64,000 nt of DNA from a virus: the IMG/VR virus record IMGVR_UViG_3300030102_005560, positions 17,288 to 81,287 of that record. One strand, given 5' to 3'. Numbering within the stretch: position 1 is the first letter of the stretch; every line of letters begins with the position of its first letter. A program made the position numbers and the translations under genes. Shown piece after piece: positions 1-9,116 of this stretch. The notes under the pieces are model-generated. The model did not search any database, was not told the origin of the DNA, and was given only the letters and a program-made list of their open reading frames with translations.

Positions 1-2
1 AG

Positions 3-821
3 CCAACTTTCCAGCACATCGCTGCAAAGCCAAAGACAATCGCACACACGTTCGATATGTCTGAGACGGCTATCTTCCTAGCAGACAGGGACGACGGATT
101 GGGAGACATCCGAGCAGTCCTCAAGGAAGAGATGGGCAAGCACCACGCTGAGATGGTCAACAAGATGCTCTTGACTGACTGTGACACAGTAGCAGGAAAC
201 AACTTCGAGTCCTTAGACCGAATCACTGCAAGTGACGCAGCAATGAACACATCAGTTCACGTAAACGCAGCAGCAGACTTGGACATATACAGCATCGACA
301 GAAGTGCTAACACTTGGTCCGACGCGGAAGTCAACTGTGACTCAAGCGGAAACGACAGGACACTGTCCCTAGACCAACTGGACACTCTGTTCCAGCAAAT
401 CTGGGAGCGCGGTGGAAACCCCAAGGTTATGCTAACTGGATACGACACTCTGATGAGACTACAGCAACTACTACAGTCCCAGCAGAGATTCATGGAAGAG
501 AAGAGAGTCACACCAACCTACAACGGCGTGAAGGGTGTACCCGGTATGGAAGCCGGATTCATCGTAGCGACCTACAACGGTGTGCCAATCATCCCAACCA
601 AGGACATGGATGACGATGGAACTCTATCCAAGATTTACTACCTAGACACAGACTACCTTTACTTCAGCACTGCGATACCAACCCAGTACTTCGAGTCTGG
701 TATCGAGACTGGCGACCCGTTCGCCATCAACAGGCTAGGTCAGGAAGGACTCTACAGAACGATGGGAGAAGTATGGACCACTTTCTTCGGAGCACAAGGG
801 AGTATTCGTGACCTAAAGTGA
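3..821 (+). CDS. Major capsid protein, HK97-like (5'-truncated by window edge)
   Basis: Frame is open upstream of ATG 57 (PTFQHIAAKPKTIAHTFDM...). C-terminal part has capsid-like motifs (VATYNGVPIIP, IYYLDTDYL, GSIRDLK). Heads the structural operon. Confidence 0.8.
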   Translation, partial: PTFQHIAAKPKTIAHTFDMSETAIFLADRDDGLGDIRAVLKEEMGKHHAEMVNKMLLTDCDTVAGNNFESLDRITASDAAMNTSVHVNAAADLDIYSIDRSANTWSDAEVNCDSSGNDRTLSLDQLDTLFQQIWERGGNPKVMLTGYDTLMRLQQLLQSQQRFMEEKRVTPTYNGVKGVPGMEAGFIVATYNGVPIIPTKDMDDDGTLSKIYYLDTDYLYFSTAIPTQYFESGIETGDPFAINRLGQEGLYRTMGEVWTTFFGAQGSIRDLK

Positions 822-856
822 GGTTGCAAAGGAGAAAATAAAGAGGTGAAAAAGAT

Positions 857-1252
857 ATGGCAACAGAACTAACAGCAACAGCAGCAGGAAGCGCATCAGT
901 GACACTATTGGGAGCATGGGAACTCAGAGCAGGTTCCATGGACACAACAGAATACCTTGACGGAGCAGCAGATGTATCGTACCCCGGTGGGGGTCCCGGT
1001 ACCTTCAACGCATCCAACACAGACGGAGCAAATGGATACGACCCAGCACCAAAGATGGCTCTACTAGAGGTCACCACGGCTAGTGGAACAGCCGCTGTGA
1101 CACTAGCAGGTGGAATCTCATCCGTGCTTATGGTAATGTCCTCTCAGAATGACGGAACAGCCGCCGCTAACAAAGTGGCTTTCTCTGGTAAAGTAGTGAC
1201 TGTCACTGGAGCAACCGCCCAGAAGCACAACGTGCTGGTGATGTACAACTGA
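857..1252 (+). CDS. Putative virion structural/decoration protein
   Basis: GAGGTGA SD upstream; Ala/Gly/Thr-rich beta-type protein directly after the capsid gene. Confidence 0.55.
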   Translation: MATELTATAAGSASVTLLGAWELRAGSMDTTEYLDGAADVSYPGGGPGTFNASNTDGANGYDPAPKMALLEVTTASGTAAVTLAGGISSVLMVMSSQNDGTAAANKVAFSGKVVTVTGATAQKHNVLVMYN

Positions 1253-1263
1253 GGTGACTCTTC

Positions 1264-1677
1264 GTGCCTACTATAACCTACAAAGGACCCTTCTACGAGA
1301 GGAAAAGCCCGGACCCAACAATACCGGCTTTCATTCGTAAAGTAAGCAGGGAAGTCAGTCAGGAATGGCTGAACGAGCACCGTAGGAAAATCAGTGACGC
1401 AGTGTTTCTGATTGAGGGCGACGAAGGAGTTCACCATGACATGGGCGGAGACGGAATCCCTGATGAGGGTTGGACTAGAGCCAACATCATCAAGTGGCTA
1501 GAGGACAATGGAAGCAGCGTGGGTGGAGGATACAAAACGAAGACCAGACTACTCGGTCTCGTGGACAATGTCCTTAACCCACCTGCTCCCGAACCTGTAG
1601 CAGAGCCAGTGGTCGAAGAACCAGTGGTTGAGGAAGCAGTCGAAGAACCAGTCGAGGAGACAACACAGGAGGAATGA
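1264..1677 (+). CDS. Protein with HeH/LEM-like helical motif and acidic Pro/Glu tail
   Basis: GAGGTGA SD, GTG start; WTRANIIKWLEDNG...YKTKTRLLGLV motif followed by EPVVEE repeats. Confidence 0.55.
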   Translation: MPTITYKGPFYERKSPDPTIPAFIRKVSREVSQEWLNEHRRKISDAVFLIEGDEGVHHDMGGDGIPDEGWTRANIIKWLEDNGSSVGGGYKTKTRLLGLVDNVLNPPAPEPVAEPVVEEPVVEEAVEEPVEETTQEE

Positions 1678-1682
1678 AATAA

Positions 1683-1946
1683 ATGGCAATAACATTTGAC
1701 CCAAGACCAACGATAATAGGAAACCTAATGCTAGTCACAGGTACTTTTGAAGACGGCGATACAAGCATAGACTTCTCAGGACATTTGGCTAGTCTAGTTT
1801 ACGGCGATGTAATAGTAGTAGGTGGCGACAACAACCCGACTGAGGAAGCAAACCCAGTAGCAATTGGTGCAAACGGCACTACCTTGCACTTTAGTGAGAG
1901 CGCATCCTTGGGCGGAAGGTTCATTGGCTTAGGTTTCCGCAATTGA
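1683..1946 (+). CDS. Small putative virion protein
   Basis: Tightly packed in the structural operon; beta-rich. Confidence 0.55.
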   Translation: MAITFDPRPTIIGNLMLVTGTFEDGDTSIDFSGHLASLVYGDVIVVGGDNNPTEEANPVAIGANGTTLHFSESASLGGRFIGLGFRN

Positions 1947-1959
1947 GGCGGTGACCTAA

Positions 1960-2154
1960 GTGGCTAACCTAACACCGAAATACAAAGTCGTAGGACCCTT
2001 CTCACCGAAGGAGTTCAGTGACACGTCCACGCTGTCAACGACCATAGCGACTGCTGTGGGTACGTTGGGTGATGCATCAAGCACCACCAGCCTGATAGCA
2101 TCGGACCCCTTTACGGTCTTAGGCAACGTCTACATATTGGTGACATACGTTTGA
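1960..2154 (+). CDS. Small hypothetical protein
   Basis: GGTGA SD, GTG start, operon packing. Confidence 0.55.
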   Translation: MANLTPKYKVVGPFSPKEFSDTSTLSTTIATAVGTLGDASSTTSLIASDPFTVLGNVYILVTYV

Positions 2155-2169
2155 TGGTGAGGGGTATGA

Positions 2170-2469
2170 ATGGGTTTCGAATTGAGAGAACTTGATATCG
2201 AAGACATCTCCCGAGCACAGAAGAAAAACGTACGTTCAGACATAAAATACGACAGCGGTGTGGTTGGGGACAACCCCAATCCCCTGAAAGGCACTGTGCG
2301 CAAGCAGCACAAGAGAGTCAAGGACGTCGCTGATATACTAAACATAGGCTCTGGCACTAGATGCAAGCATTGTGGTTTCCTTCATTTCATGTGGAGAGAG
2401 ACATGTGGCTCTTGTGATAGGCCTATGGAGTACAATCTAGGAAACAGGAATGAGGAGGCAAGGCTCTAA
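2170..2469 (+). CDS. Zinc-ribbon protein
   Basis: CKHC...CGSC; stop overlaps next start (TAATG). Confidence 0.65.
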   Translation: MGFELRELDIEDISRAQKKNVRSDIKYDSGVVGDNPNPLKGTVRKQHKRVKDVADILNIGSGTRCKHCGFLHFMWRETCGSCDRPMEYNLGNRNEEARL

Positions 2470-4151
2470 TGCCACAAGTATTCAGTCCCGGTGAACCTGA
2501 GACAAGACCCCTCGACCCCGATGCACTTGTCTACACGACTCCACAGAAGGTCGCTGACCTACTAGAGATAGGTCCACAAGAACCGGTATTGATGTCTGCT
2601 AACGCAGAGGCTAACGCCGTATTCGTGACAGGAGCGGACTACAGGAACATCGGATTCTCAGTAGGAGACACTCTACTACTGTACTCAGACGCAGACCCCT
2701 TGGGTGTTGACCGTGATATCACTGCAATAACCACTAGTGCAGGCGGCGTCAAACTCGCATTCTCATCCGCTATCAACCCCGGTCTATACGAGACCACGGA
2801 CAATGGATACGTTCAGAACAAGGCATCGTTCACCAACGGTAGAAACAGAGGACTGACCTATGATAAGGTGAAACAACTGATTCTACGTGCGCAAGACAGG
2901 ATAGACAATACCACGCACAACTCATGGAGACCTAACCTAGTCTCCGCCGAGTACATCAACTTCGACACGTACAAACCATACAGGCGAAGGTACTACACGG
3001 ATTACGTCGGCACCACACCGCTCCTATTCCGCAACGTGCAGCAACTGCTGAGGGTCGAACTGTGGCAGGGCGACGATTACAGGGAGATAGGCGCTGCTGA
3101 GGCTCGCCTCAAATTCGCTAAGAACACAACCAGTCTTTCACGCACTGGTGGTGGCACTATGCAGAACACTGCTACGGTTTACATAGCCAACGGCTCAGGG
3201 GTCTACGCTAAATTGGAATCGGTATCACTAGGCGCTGTAGGAGCAGTCACCCATGACAATGCCAAGTTCAGACTGGACTTGGACAACATGAGCAACGCAC
3301 AGACCCTCGCTGACCTCATCAACAAGGAGGACAGGGTATCCGCCAGTGCTGTTGAGTTCATTGATAATGGTGGTACGAAGTTTATCATGCCCGGTTCGAC
3401 ATCGAACGTGGCGGTCCACAACGAGTTCCTCGCAAGCGCCAATGCCGATTACGGCTCGGGAATAGTGAAGATATCCAGCATGAGGGACTCCGTCGGCGGT
3501 GAGGATTCAACTATCGCAGTGGTGGATAACCCAGACACCAACATAGAGGTCTCCCAGACGCACACCGAGACGACCACGACCGTCTCATCCACAGGCGACA
3601 TAAGCGCCGGTACGATGAATATCACAGTCGCTTCCACAGAGGGCTTCGCGCCATCCGGCCTTCTTATGGGCTCTTCCATAGGTGATGTAGTGTTCTACGA
3701 GGGCAAGTCCGGTAATGTGTTCATCAACTGCAAGCAAATAGGCGGTTTCGGGGGTGGCGGTGGTACTGCGTTGAGCAGTGCAGATGCCACCATGACTCAG
3801 CACAGATTCGCCATAGACCTGCAAGGAGGCGCCTCCAGCGGCGACAAGGGAAGGCTCAGGGACTTCTGGATGGATTCAGAGATGGGTATCATCTACTTCA
3901 ACAACTCATACCCGTTCTTCGAGTGGAATGCCGTCAAGGTCGCGTACATCTACGGTGAGAGATACGTCGAGCAGGCCATCGAGGACGTATGCACCAAGAT
4001 GGTGGCTATCGAGTTGCTGATGAGTGACGACAGGAGCGTCCTCATACCAGAGGGAACGCAGAACGTAGACCTCGCATCCAAGATTCAACTATACAGACAG
4101 GACATCGACAGGACCCTTCCTCGATACATAGAGGTGATTACCTTTGAGTAA
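2469..4151 (+). CDS. Head-tail adaptor/connector with large domain insertions
   Basis: YTTPQKVADLL, LILRAQDRID and KVAYIYG..AIEDVCTKMVAIELL resemble gp6/gp15-type adaptor segments, separated by beta-rich inserts; typical position. Confidence 0.6.
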   Translation: MPQVFSPGEPETRPLDPDALVYTTPQKVADLLEIGPQEPVLMSANAEANAVFVTGADYRNIGFSVGDTLLLYSDADPLGVDRDITAITTSAGGVKLAFSSAINPGLYETTDNGYVQNKASFTNGRNRGLTYDKVKQLILRAQDRIDNTTHNSWRPNLVSAEYINFDTYKPYRRRYYTDYVGTTPLLFRNVQQLLRVELWQGDDYREIGAAEARLKFAKNTTSLSRTGGGTMQNTATVYIANGSGVYAKLESVSLGAVGAVTHDNAKFRLDLDNMSNAQTLADLINKEDRVSASAVEFIDNGGTKFIMPGSTSNVAVHNEFLASANADYGSGIVKISSMRDSVGGEDSTIAVVDNPDTNIEVSQTHTETTTTVSSTGDISAGTMNITVASTEGFAPSGLLMGSSIGDVVFYEGKSGNVFINCKQIGGFGGGGGTALSSADATMTQHRFAIDLQGGASSGDKGRLRDFWMDSEMGIIYFNNSYPFFEWNAVKVAYIYGERYVEQAIEDVCTKMVAIELLMSDDRSVLIPEGTQNVDLASKIQLYRQDIDRTLPRYIEVITFE

Positions 4152-4518
4152 TAAGGCGTTTGACCGTAATGACCCGACCTATAACGATTACATGAAACTA
4201 CTCAGCAAGGAGTTCGCAAAAGGCGAGATGCAAGAGGAACTTAAGATGGTCATAACCCAGACTCCTCCCGAGTTCAGGGAGATTATCGAAAGGCAGGAAG
4301 CGGACGTGGCAGGTCTCAGGAAGACACCCGATGGGTATGAGAGGATGAATGGCACACAGGCGTCAGCGGATGAAATCTTGTCGTTAAACAACAATGTGAA
4401 TACCCGTATGTTAAATGAGTCTCCCGCTCTCCGAGAGCACAAGGTGGTGCTGCGCGACGGAAAACTAAGTCCGGACTTTGCATTACATGAGAGGGAAATG
4501 GAGGTCAAGAAATGGTAG
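4144..4518 (+). CDS. Hypothetical protein (neck region)
   Basis: GAGGTGA SD before TTG; overlaps both neighbours. Confidence 0.55.
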   Translation: MSNKAFDRNDPTYNDYMKLLSKEFAKGEMQEELKMVITQTPPEFREIIERQEADVAGLRKTPDGYERMNGTQASADEILSLNNNVNTRMLNESPALREHKVVLRDGKLSPDFALHEREMEVKKW

Positions 4519-4961
4519 CCACGTTCAAGGAAGGCATCGATTTAGTGGTTGACACCCTCAGTGACAACTGGAACAGGGGCAACACTGCCAACTTCAAACC
4601 CGTCATCATAGACATAGCAGAGGTTGGTGCAGAGAGGGGAAAGAGGCTTGACTTGGACAGGACCGATTACGTCCTCGTATTCGAGACGGCACACAACGAA
4701 GAGACACCAGAACTGCTCTACGACTTCGTCACAACCAGAATCAACATCACAGTCGACATGAGAACCACAAGGAGCAGGGCTCACTTCAAACTCATGGAGA
4801 ACGAGATACGCAGACTCATTCACTTATTCAGAAAAGGAGATGGCACGAACATGGACAGATTGGTCTACAAGACGAGGACCGATTTGTCAGACAGAAGCAA
4901 AAAACTGTTCAGAATGACCTATCAGATAGAAGTTGTTATCTTCGCAGAACTAATCCCATGA
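4512..4961 (+). CDS. Putative tail terminator/completion protein
   Basis: 149 aa immediately before tail tube; INITVDMRT..ENEIRRLI...YQIEV pattern. Confidence 0.55.
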   Translation: MVATFKEGIDLVVDTLSDNWNRGNTANFKPVIIDIAEVGAERGKRLDLDRTDYVLVFETAHNEETPELLYDFVTTRINITVDMRTTRSRAHFKLMENEIRRLIHLFRKGDGTNMDRLVYKTRTDLSDRSKKLFRMTYQIEVVIFAELIP

Positions 4962-4971
4962 GGTGTAGAAG

Positions 4972-7029
4972 ATGCCGTCGACAGTATACAAGGGTGACCT
5001 GAGCGAGATTACATTCGGCCATGAGGCTGGTCTGTTCCTAGAGCATGACTATGCAGGGACATTCAGAATCATTTGCAGTTTCGACACTGGTGGCAACGCA
5101 GCCAACGCACCACATCACAACTTGGTCAAGGACACGAGCGTCATCACATTCACAGGTGGGGCTTCAAACACTCCCGTCCACAATGGCATCCTACGATACC
5201 CGAACGGGATGCTCGTCGGTAGCAGACTGATATTCAACGCATCTGGGAACTTCTCCGCAGACGACTACAACTCGACAGGCCGCATCTACACAATAGTGAA
5301 GCAGGAGGTGGCAAACGATGCCAACAACGACAATAACAACAAGACCGAGATTACGGTCACACCTGCGCTCAAGTCAGGTGACACCACCCAAGACATCACG
5401 TCCGCAAGTGGTGACGCAATCACAATCCTACCATTCGGCACACCTGCCATTGACGTCAGCATGGCTCATGATGACGCTGCGAACTTATCAGCGGAGCGCG
5501 TCCTCACTGACCAGTTCGTAGGTCTAGTCAGCACCGTGGCCCTACCGGAGACCAAGGTCGACCTCAAGAGGTACCACGTCGTTGGTCTCGGTCGTGATGT
5601 GGCAGTTCAAGTACCGGGCAGGTTCACCAACCAAGGTGGCTCCTTCGAGTGCAACATACACAACAGTCGTTGGTTCAAGTACTGTCTCGGACAACACGTG
5701 TCCAAGCCATTGAACTCAGCAACCGAGAACGCTGCTACAGGCACATACGTACTCGCTACGAATAAACCAGCCAATCCCGGTGACTCGTACATAGAAATCA
5801 CCGATAACAGTGGTACGGACGACCCTTCCTTCGATAGCACATCCGTTGGTGTGGGTGACTATGTCATACTCGACACAGCATCGGAGATGGTCGACGTCCA
5901 GACGTACAGGGAGACAGGAGTCGGTGGTGGGCTTGTCGCTGATGCATGGCCAGCAGTCAACGCCACGCAGATATTCGACAAGGCAATCAAGCAGCAGATA
6001 AGGAGGATAGTGTCATTCTCCGCGAGCAGCGGTGACTGCAAGATATGGCTCGACCAACCTCTTGACTACGGTCACCCAGTCAGCGGCACGGTCGTCACTT
6101 TCGCTAGATATGCAGCAGGTTCAACAGCCGGTAGCCCTCATCGAACGGCAACCACTGGTGACCTCGTTAATGGCATCGAGCACCTCTACTTCTCCAGAAC
6201 CACGGTCCCGTCCTTCGCCATGGAAGTCAGCGTCAGGAGGAGGGACTTGGACAGCAACGCCGGTACCACTGACGGGGGAACTGGTGACTCCAAGCAACTC
6301 ACCCGTGTCTTCCGTGGATGCAAGGTCAAGGACTTCAGCCTGACAGCGGATACTGATGCGGCCCTCAGGATGACCGTCAACTTCGACTCAGCGCTCTGCT
6401 ATACCGACACAGGTAGATTGGAGAGCACAAACAAGGGTGACAGGTACGACACGCACAGGCTCTTCGAGGACACAGGAAACACCGTGCTCAGCAGGAAGGT
6501 GTCAGGCATCGAGAAGGGAACCCAGAAGCCATTCATGTTCTACAACGGCACGATGCGAGTCCTCGGTCAGAGTCTGGGTCAAGTCGTGTCCTTCACACTC
6601 AACGGCAAGACCGGCGTCGAGCAGTTCTACACCATAAGCGGTGCCAATGTCGCTGACTCGGCCACAGACCAAGTCCCATTCGCTGGTACTAGGAATCCCA
6701 CACTAGCAGTGGAGGGCAAGACGGAGTACGACCTAGAGATGGAAATCATAGTCGATGACCCAATCTTTTACCACAACATGAGGAGGGCCGTCGCTAACTT
6801 CGATGACACTGACGAAACCGGGCAGACGGACAATGACATGATACGGCTCACATTCACCAAGTCAGGCTCCGGTAGCACGAGGGAGAATCTGGAGATACTC
6901 ATCGATGACTACTTCATCACCGAAGCACCACTACCAATACCAGAGGACAAGGGGCCCATACGAAGCAAACTGAAGATTCTACCAAAGTCAGTCAAGGTGA
7001 TTGGCAGGGATACGATACTGAGTCCGTAG
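4972..7029 (+). CDS. Major tail tube protein with inserted domains
   Basis: Tube-like segments (VPGRFTNQGGSFE, PSFAMEV, RVFRGCKVKDFSLT, PFMFYNG); lies upstream of chaperones and tape measure. Confidence 0.7.
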   Translation: MPSTVYKGDLSEITFGHEAGLFLEHDYAGTFRIICSFDTGGNAANAPHHNLVKDTSVITFTGGASNTPVHNGILRYPNGMLVGSRLIFNASGNFSADDYNSTGRIYTIVKQEVANDANNDNNNKTEITVTPALKSGDTTQDITSASGDAITILPFGTPAIDVSMAHDDAANLSAERVLTDQFVGLVSTVALPETKVDLKRYHVVGLGRDVAVQVPGRFTNQGGSFECNIHNSRWFKYCLGQHVSKPLNSATENAATGTYVLATNKPANPGDSYIEITDNSGTDDPSFDSTSVGVGDYVILDTASEMVDVQTYRETGVGGGLVADAWPAVNATQIFDKAIKQQIRRIVSFSASSGDCKIWLDQPLDYGHPVSGTVVTFARYAAGSTAGSPHRTATTGDLVNGIEHLYFSRTTVPSFAMEVSVRRRDLDSNAGTTDGGTGDSKQLTRVFRGCKVKDFSLTADTDAALRMTVNFDSALCYTDTGRLESTNKGDRYDTHRLFEDTGNTVLSRKVSGIEKGTQKPFMFYNGTMRVLGQSLGQVVSFTLNGKTGVEQFYTISGANVADSATDQVPFAGTRNPTLAVEGKTEYDLEMEIIVDDPIFYHNMRRAVANFDDTDETGQTDNDMIRLTFTKSGSGSTRENLEILIDDYFITEAPLPIPEDKGPIRSKLKILPKSVKVIGRDTILSP

Positions 7030-7623
7030 GTGAATGAGATGTGGCCGGGGAATCTAGAGAGAGTGCAGAAGTACAACCGAGTCTCACACGAGCAGTACAT
7101 CTCTTGGCTTCTTGCTAGGATAGACCTGCCCATGAGGCCGGTGTTCCTCACTACCAGAACTAGGGAGGACGTGGATGAGATTGTCCTGTCATCGATAGAG
7201 AAGAAGCCGACACAGACGCCATCATGGGTAGAGGCTGCGCAGAAGAGCCTAGAGGAAGAGGTTGAGGAAGAGGTTGAGGAAGAGGTTGAGGAGCCCTCAC
7301 AACCTGAGGTGGCACCACAAGACAATCCATTTTCCGCTCCTGACTATGATTCATGGACAGTAGTAGAACTAAGAGAAGAGTGCAAGAACAGGGGAATAAC
7401 CGTTCGAGGCACCAAAGCAGAGGTCGTTCTGCGTCTCCGAAGAGATGACGAAGGCCTGACACAAGACCCAGTCGAACCAGACGAAGACGAGTCTGAGGCC
7501 CCCGTCGAAGAGACGGCTGCTGATGACTCGTCGGATGCCCCCTCTGAGGAAGAGGCTGCAACCGAGGAAGTGACACCAGATGCCGATAGCGGAGAAACAA
7601 GCAATATTGAAGAAGAAGAATGA
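7030..7623 (+). CDS. SAP-domain acidic protein (start uncertain)
   Basis: YDSWTVVELREECKNRGITVRGTKAEVVLRL fits the SAP consensus; acidic low-complexity flanks. Confidence 0.7.
   Translation: MNEMWPGNLERVQKYNRVSHEQYISWLLARIDLPMRPVFLTTRTREDVDEIVLSSIEKKPTQTPSWVEAAQKSLEEEVEEEVEEEVEEPSQPEVAPQDNPFSAPDYDSWTVVELREECKNRGITVRGTKAEVVLRLRRDDEGLTQDPVEPDEDESEAPVEETAADDSSDAPSEEEAATEEVTPDADSGETSNIEEEE
7252..7287 (+). repeat. Tandem 12-bp coding repeat (GAGGAAGAGGTT)x3
   Basis: Read directly; encodes EEEV x3. Confidence 0.9.
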
Positions 7624-7942
7624 ACAGAAGTACGAGATAAAAGTCGACCCGGATGACCATGAGCAAATCATGGAAATCTGGATTCGGGACATCACGTTCT
7701 TCGACGTGCAAAAAGCAGCACAGAACATGTTCCTGATGAACGGGGATGAAGTATCATTAGACCTAGAGGGATACTGGAGTTATGCTTTCTCGGAATGGGT
7801 AGTGAGGACCAACCCAGAACTGACAGTGAGCGAACTGAAGGAGATAAACTCCTTTGCGGGCCAACAGATAGCAGCGTTGCTACCCAAGCCAGATGAACTG
7901 GCGGAGGCGATGCAAGGGGGTTTTACGAAGGCGAGCAACTGA
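7580..7942 (+). CDS. Tail assembly chaperone (gpG-like)
   Basis: Lies between tube and tape measure genes; slippery site near 3' end. Confidence 0.7.
   Translation: MPIAEKQAILKKKNEQKYEIKVDPDDHEQIMEIWIRDITFFDVQKAAQNMFLMNGDEVSLDLEGYWSYAFSEWVVRTNPELTVSELKEINSFAGQQIAALLPKPDELAEAMQGGFTKASN
7918..7924 (+). other. Programmed -1 ribosomal frameshift site G_GGT_TTT
   Basis: Canonical X_XXY_YYZ heptamer in correct phase; -1 frame open from 7924 to 8217. Confidence 0.85.
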
Positions 7943-8217
7943 AGGTTCAGCGATTCTTACAGAGGAAGACAATCAAATCCACTGAAGACATAGACTTGCA
8001 GAATCAGTTGTTCGCCTACATCGTGGCAAAACATTACGGCATATCATTGAGTGAGGTGTATAACATGGGGCAGGAGATATTCAAACAGTCGCTAATCTGG
8101 GCCCTAGCAATCCAAGAAGAGGAGAGGAAGGAGCAACGCAGACAGCAGGCTGAGAGCGCAACCAGCAACGAGACAGTCACCTTCGACTACGACTTCCTGC
8201 ATCAGGAGGACTTCTGA
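7924..8217 (+). CDS. Frameshift extension of tail chaperone (gpT-like part of gpGT)
   Basis: Reads YEGEQLKVQRFLQRKTIKSTEDIDLQNQLFAYIVAKHYGISLSEV...; includes track ORF 7996..8217, which has only a TTG start. Confidence 0.75.
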   Translation, partial: YEGEQLKVQRFLQRKTIKSTEDIDLQNQLFAYIVAKHYGISLSEVYNMGQEIFKQSLIWALAIQEEERKEQRRQQAESATSNETVTFDYDFLHQEDF

Positions 8218-9116
8218 TGGCACTGGGAGCGCTGAGCACATCACTGGGCATGGTGCAGGGACTGCTCTCCTCCATCGGTGGGAGCATGGGTAGCCTCGGT
8301 GGCATCGCCAACAGCATAGGCAACGCGCTGGCTGGTGCCTTCAATGCAGCATCGGTAGCGGCTAGGAAGGCCTACAATGAAATGAACGACTTCTACAAAG
8401 AGCATGTGGAGCCGCAGTTTGAGGCTTTCGCAAAAAAGGCTGGGCCTGTCTTCGAGGACATCAAGAATGGCTTCAAGGAATTAGCGGAGTTCATGAGCGG
8501 AATCTGGAATGGGGTGGTCATCCCGATATTCTCCTTCTTCAAGGATTACGCCTCGATGGTATTCAGCCTGCTCACAGGGGATTTTGAAGAGGCAGCAGCC
8601 AAGGCTGAAGGTATCTTCGAGGACCATATAATGCCCATTGCTACTTCTTTGAAAACGGCATTCGGCGGCGTGATTGAGAACCTAAAGGAGGTTGTGACTG
8701 CGGCCTTTGGCATCTTCAGCACCGTATCAGGACAGATAGGCGATGCCTTTAGCACGATATACGATACCGTAGTCCAACCGATTCTAGATGGCATATCTGG
8801 TGCCATCGATTTCATAGTCGGTGGGATAGGCACGATACTCAAGGGACTAGCCGATATAGGAAGCAGCGTCATCGGAGGCGCTGTGGGAATCGGCAAGAAG
8901 TTAGGTGGCGGTGCTAAGAGCCTAATCGGTGGCGGTGGTGGCTCCGATGCTGGCACGACGGTCGAAGGCGGCGTGAGTCAGACATTCAACATCACGGTGA
9001 ATGCGGGCGGCATTACGGACAGGTCAGACAAGAGGTCCCTAGCGACAGAGATAGGAAGGATGATTCAGGAGGAGACCGCTCGTTCGGTCGGTGGCAGCAG
9101 GTATGCGAGTAGGTGA
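8217..9116 (+). CDS. Short tape measure protein
   Basis: Amphipathic Ala/Gly-rich helical protein with periodic F/W; C-terminal TFNITVNAGG..LATEIGRMIQEE; follows the frameshifted chaperone. Confidence 0.7.
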   Translation: MALGALSTSLGMVQGLLSSIGGSMGSLGGIANSIGNALAGAFNAASVAARKAYNEMNDFYKEHVEPQFEAFAKKAGPVFEDIKNGFKELAEFMSGIWNGVVIPIFSFFKDYASMVFSLLTGDFEEAAAKAEGIFEDHIMPIATSLKTAFGGVIENLKEVVTAAFGIFSTVSGQIGDAFSTIYDTVVQPILDGISGAIDFIVGGIGTILKGLADIGSSVIGGAVGIGKKLGGGAKSLIGGGGGSDAGTTVEGGVSQTFNITVNAGGITDRSDKRSLATEIGRMIQEETARSVGGSRYASR

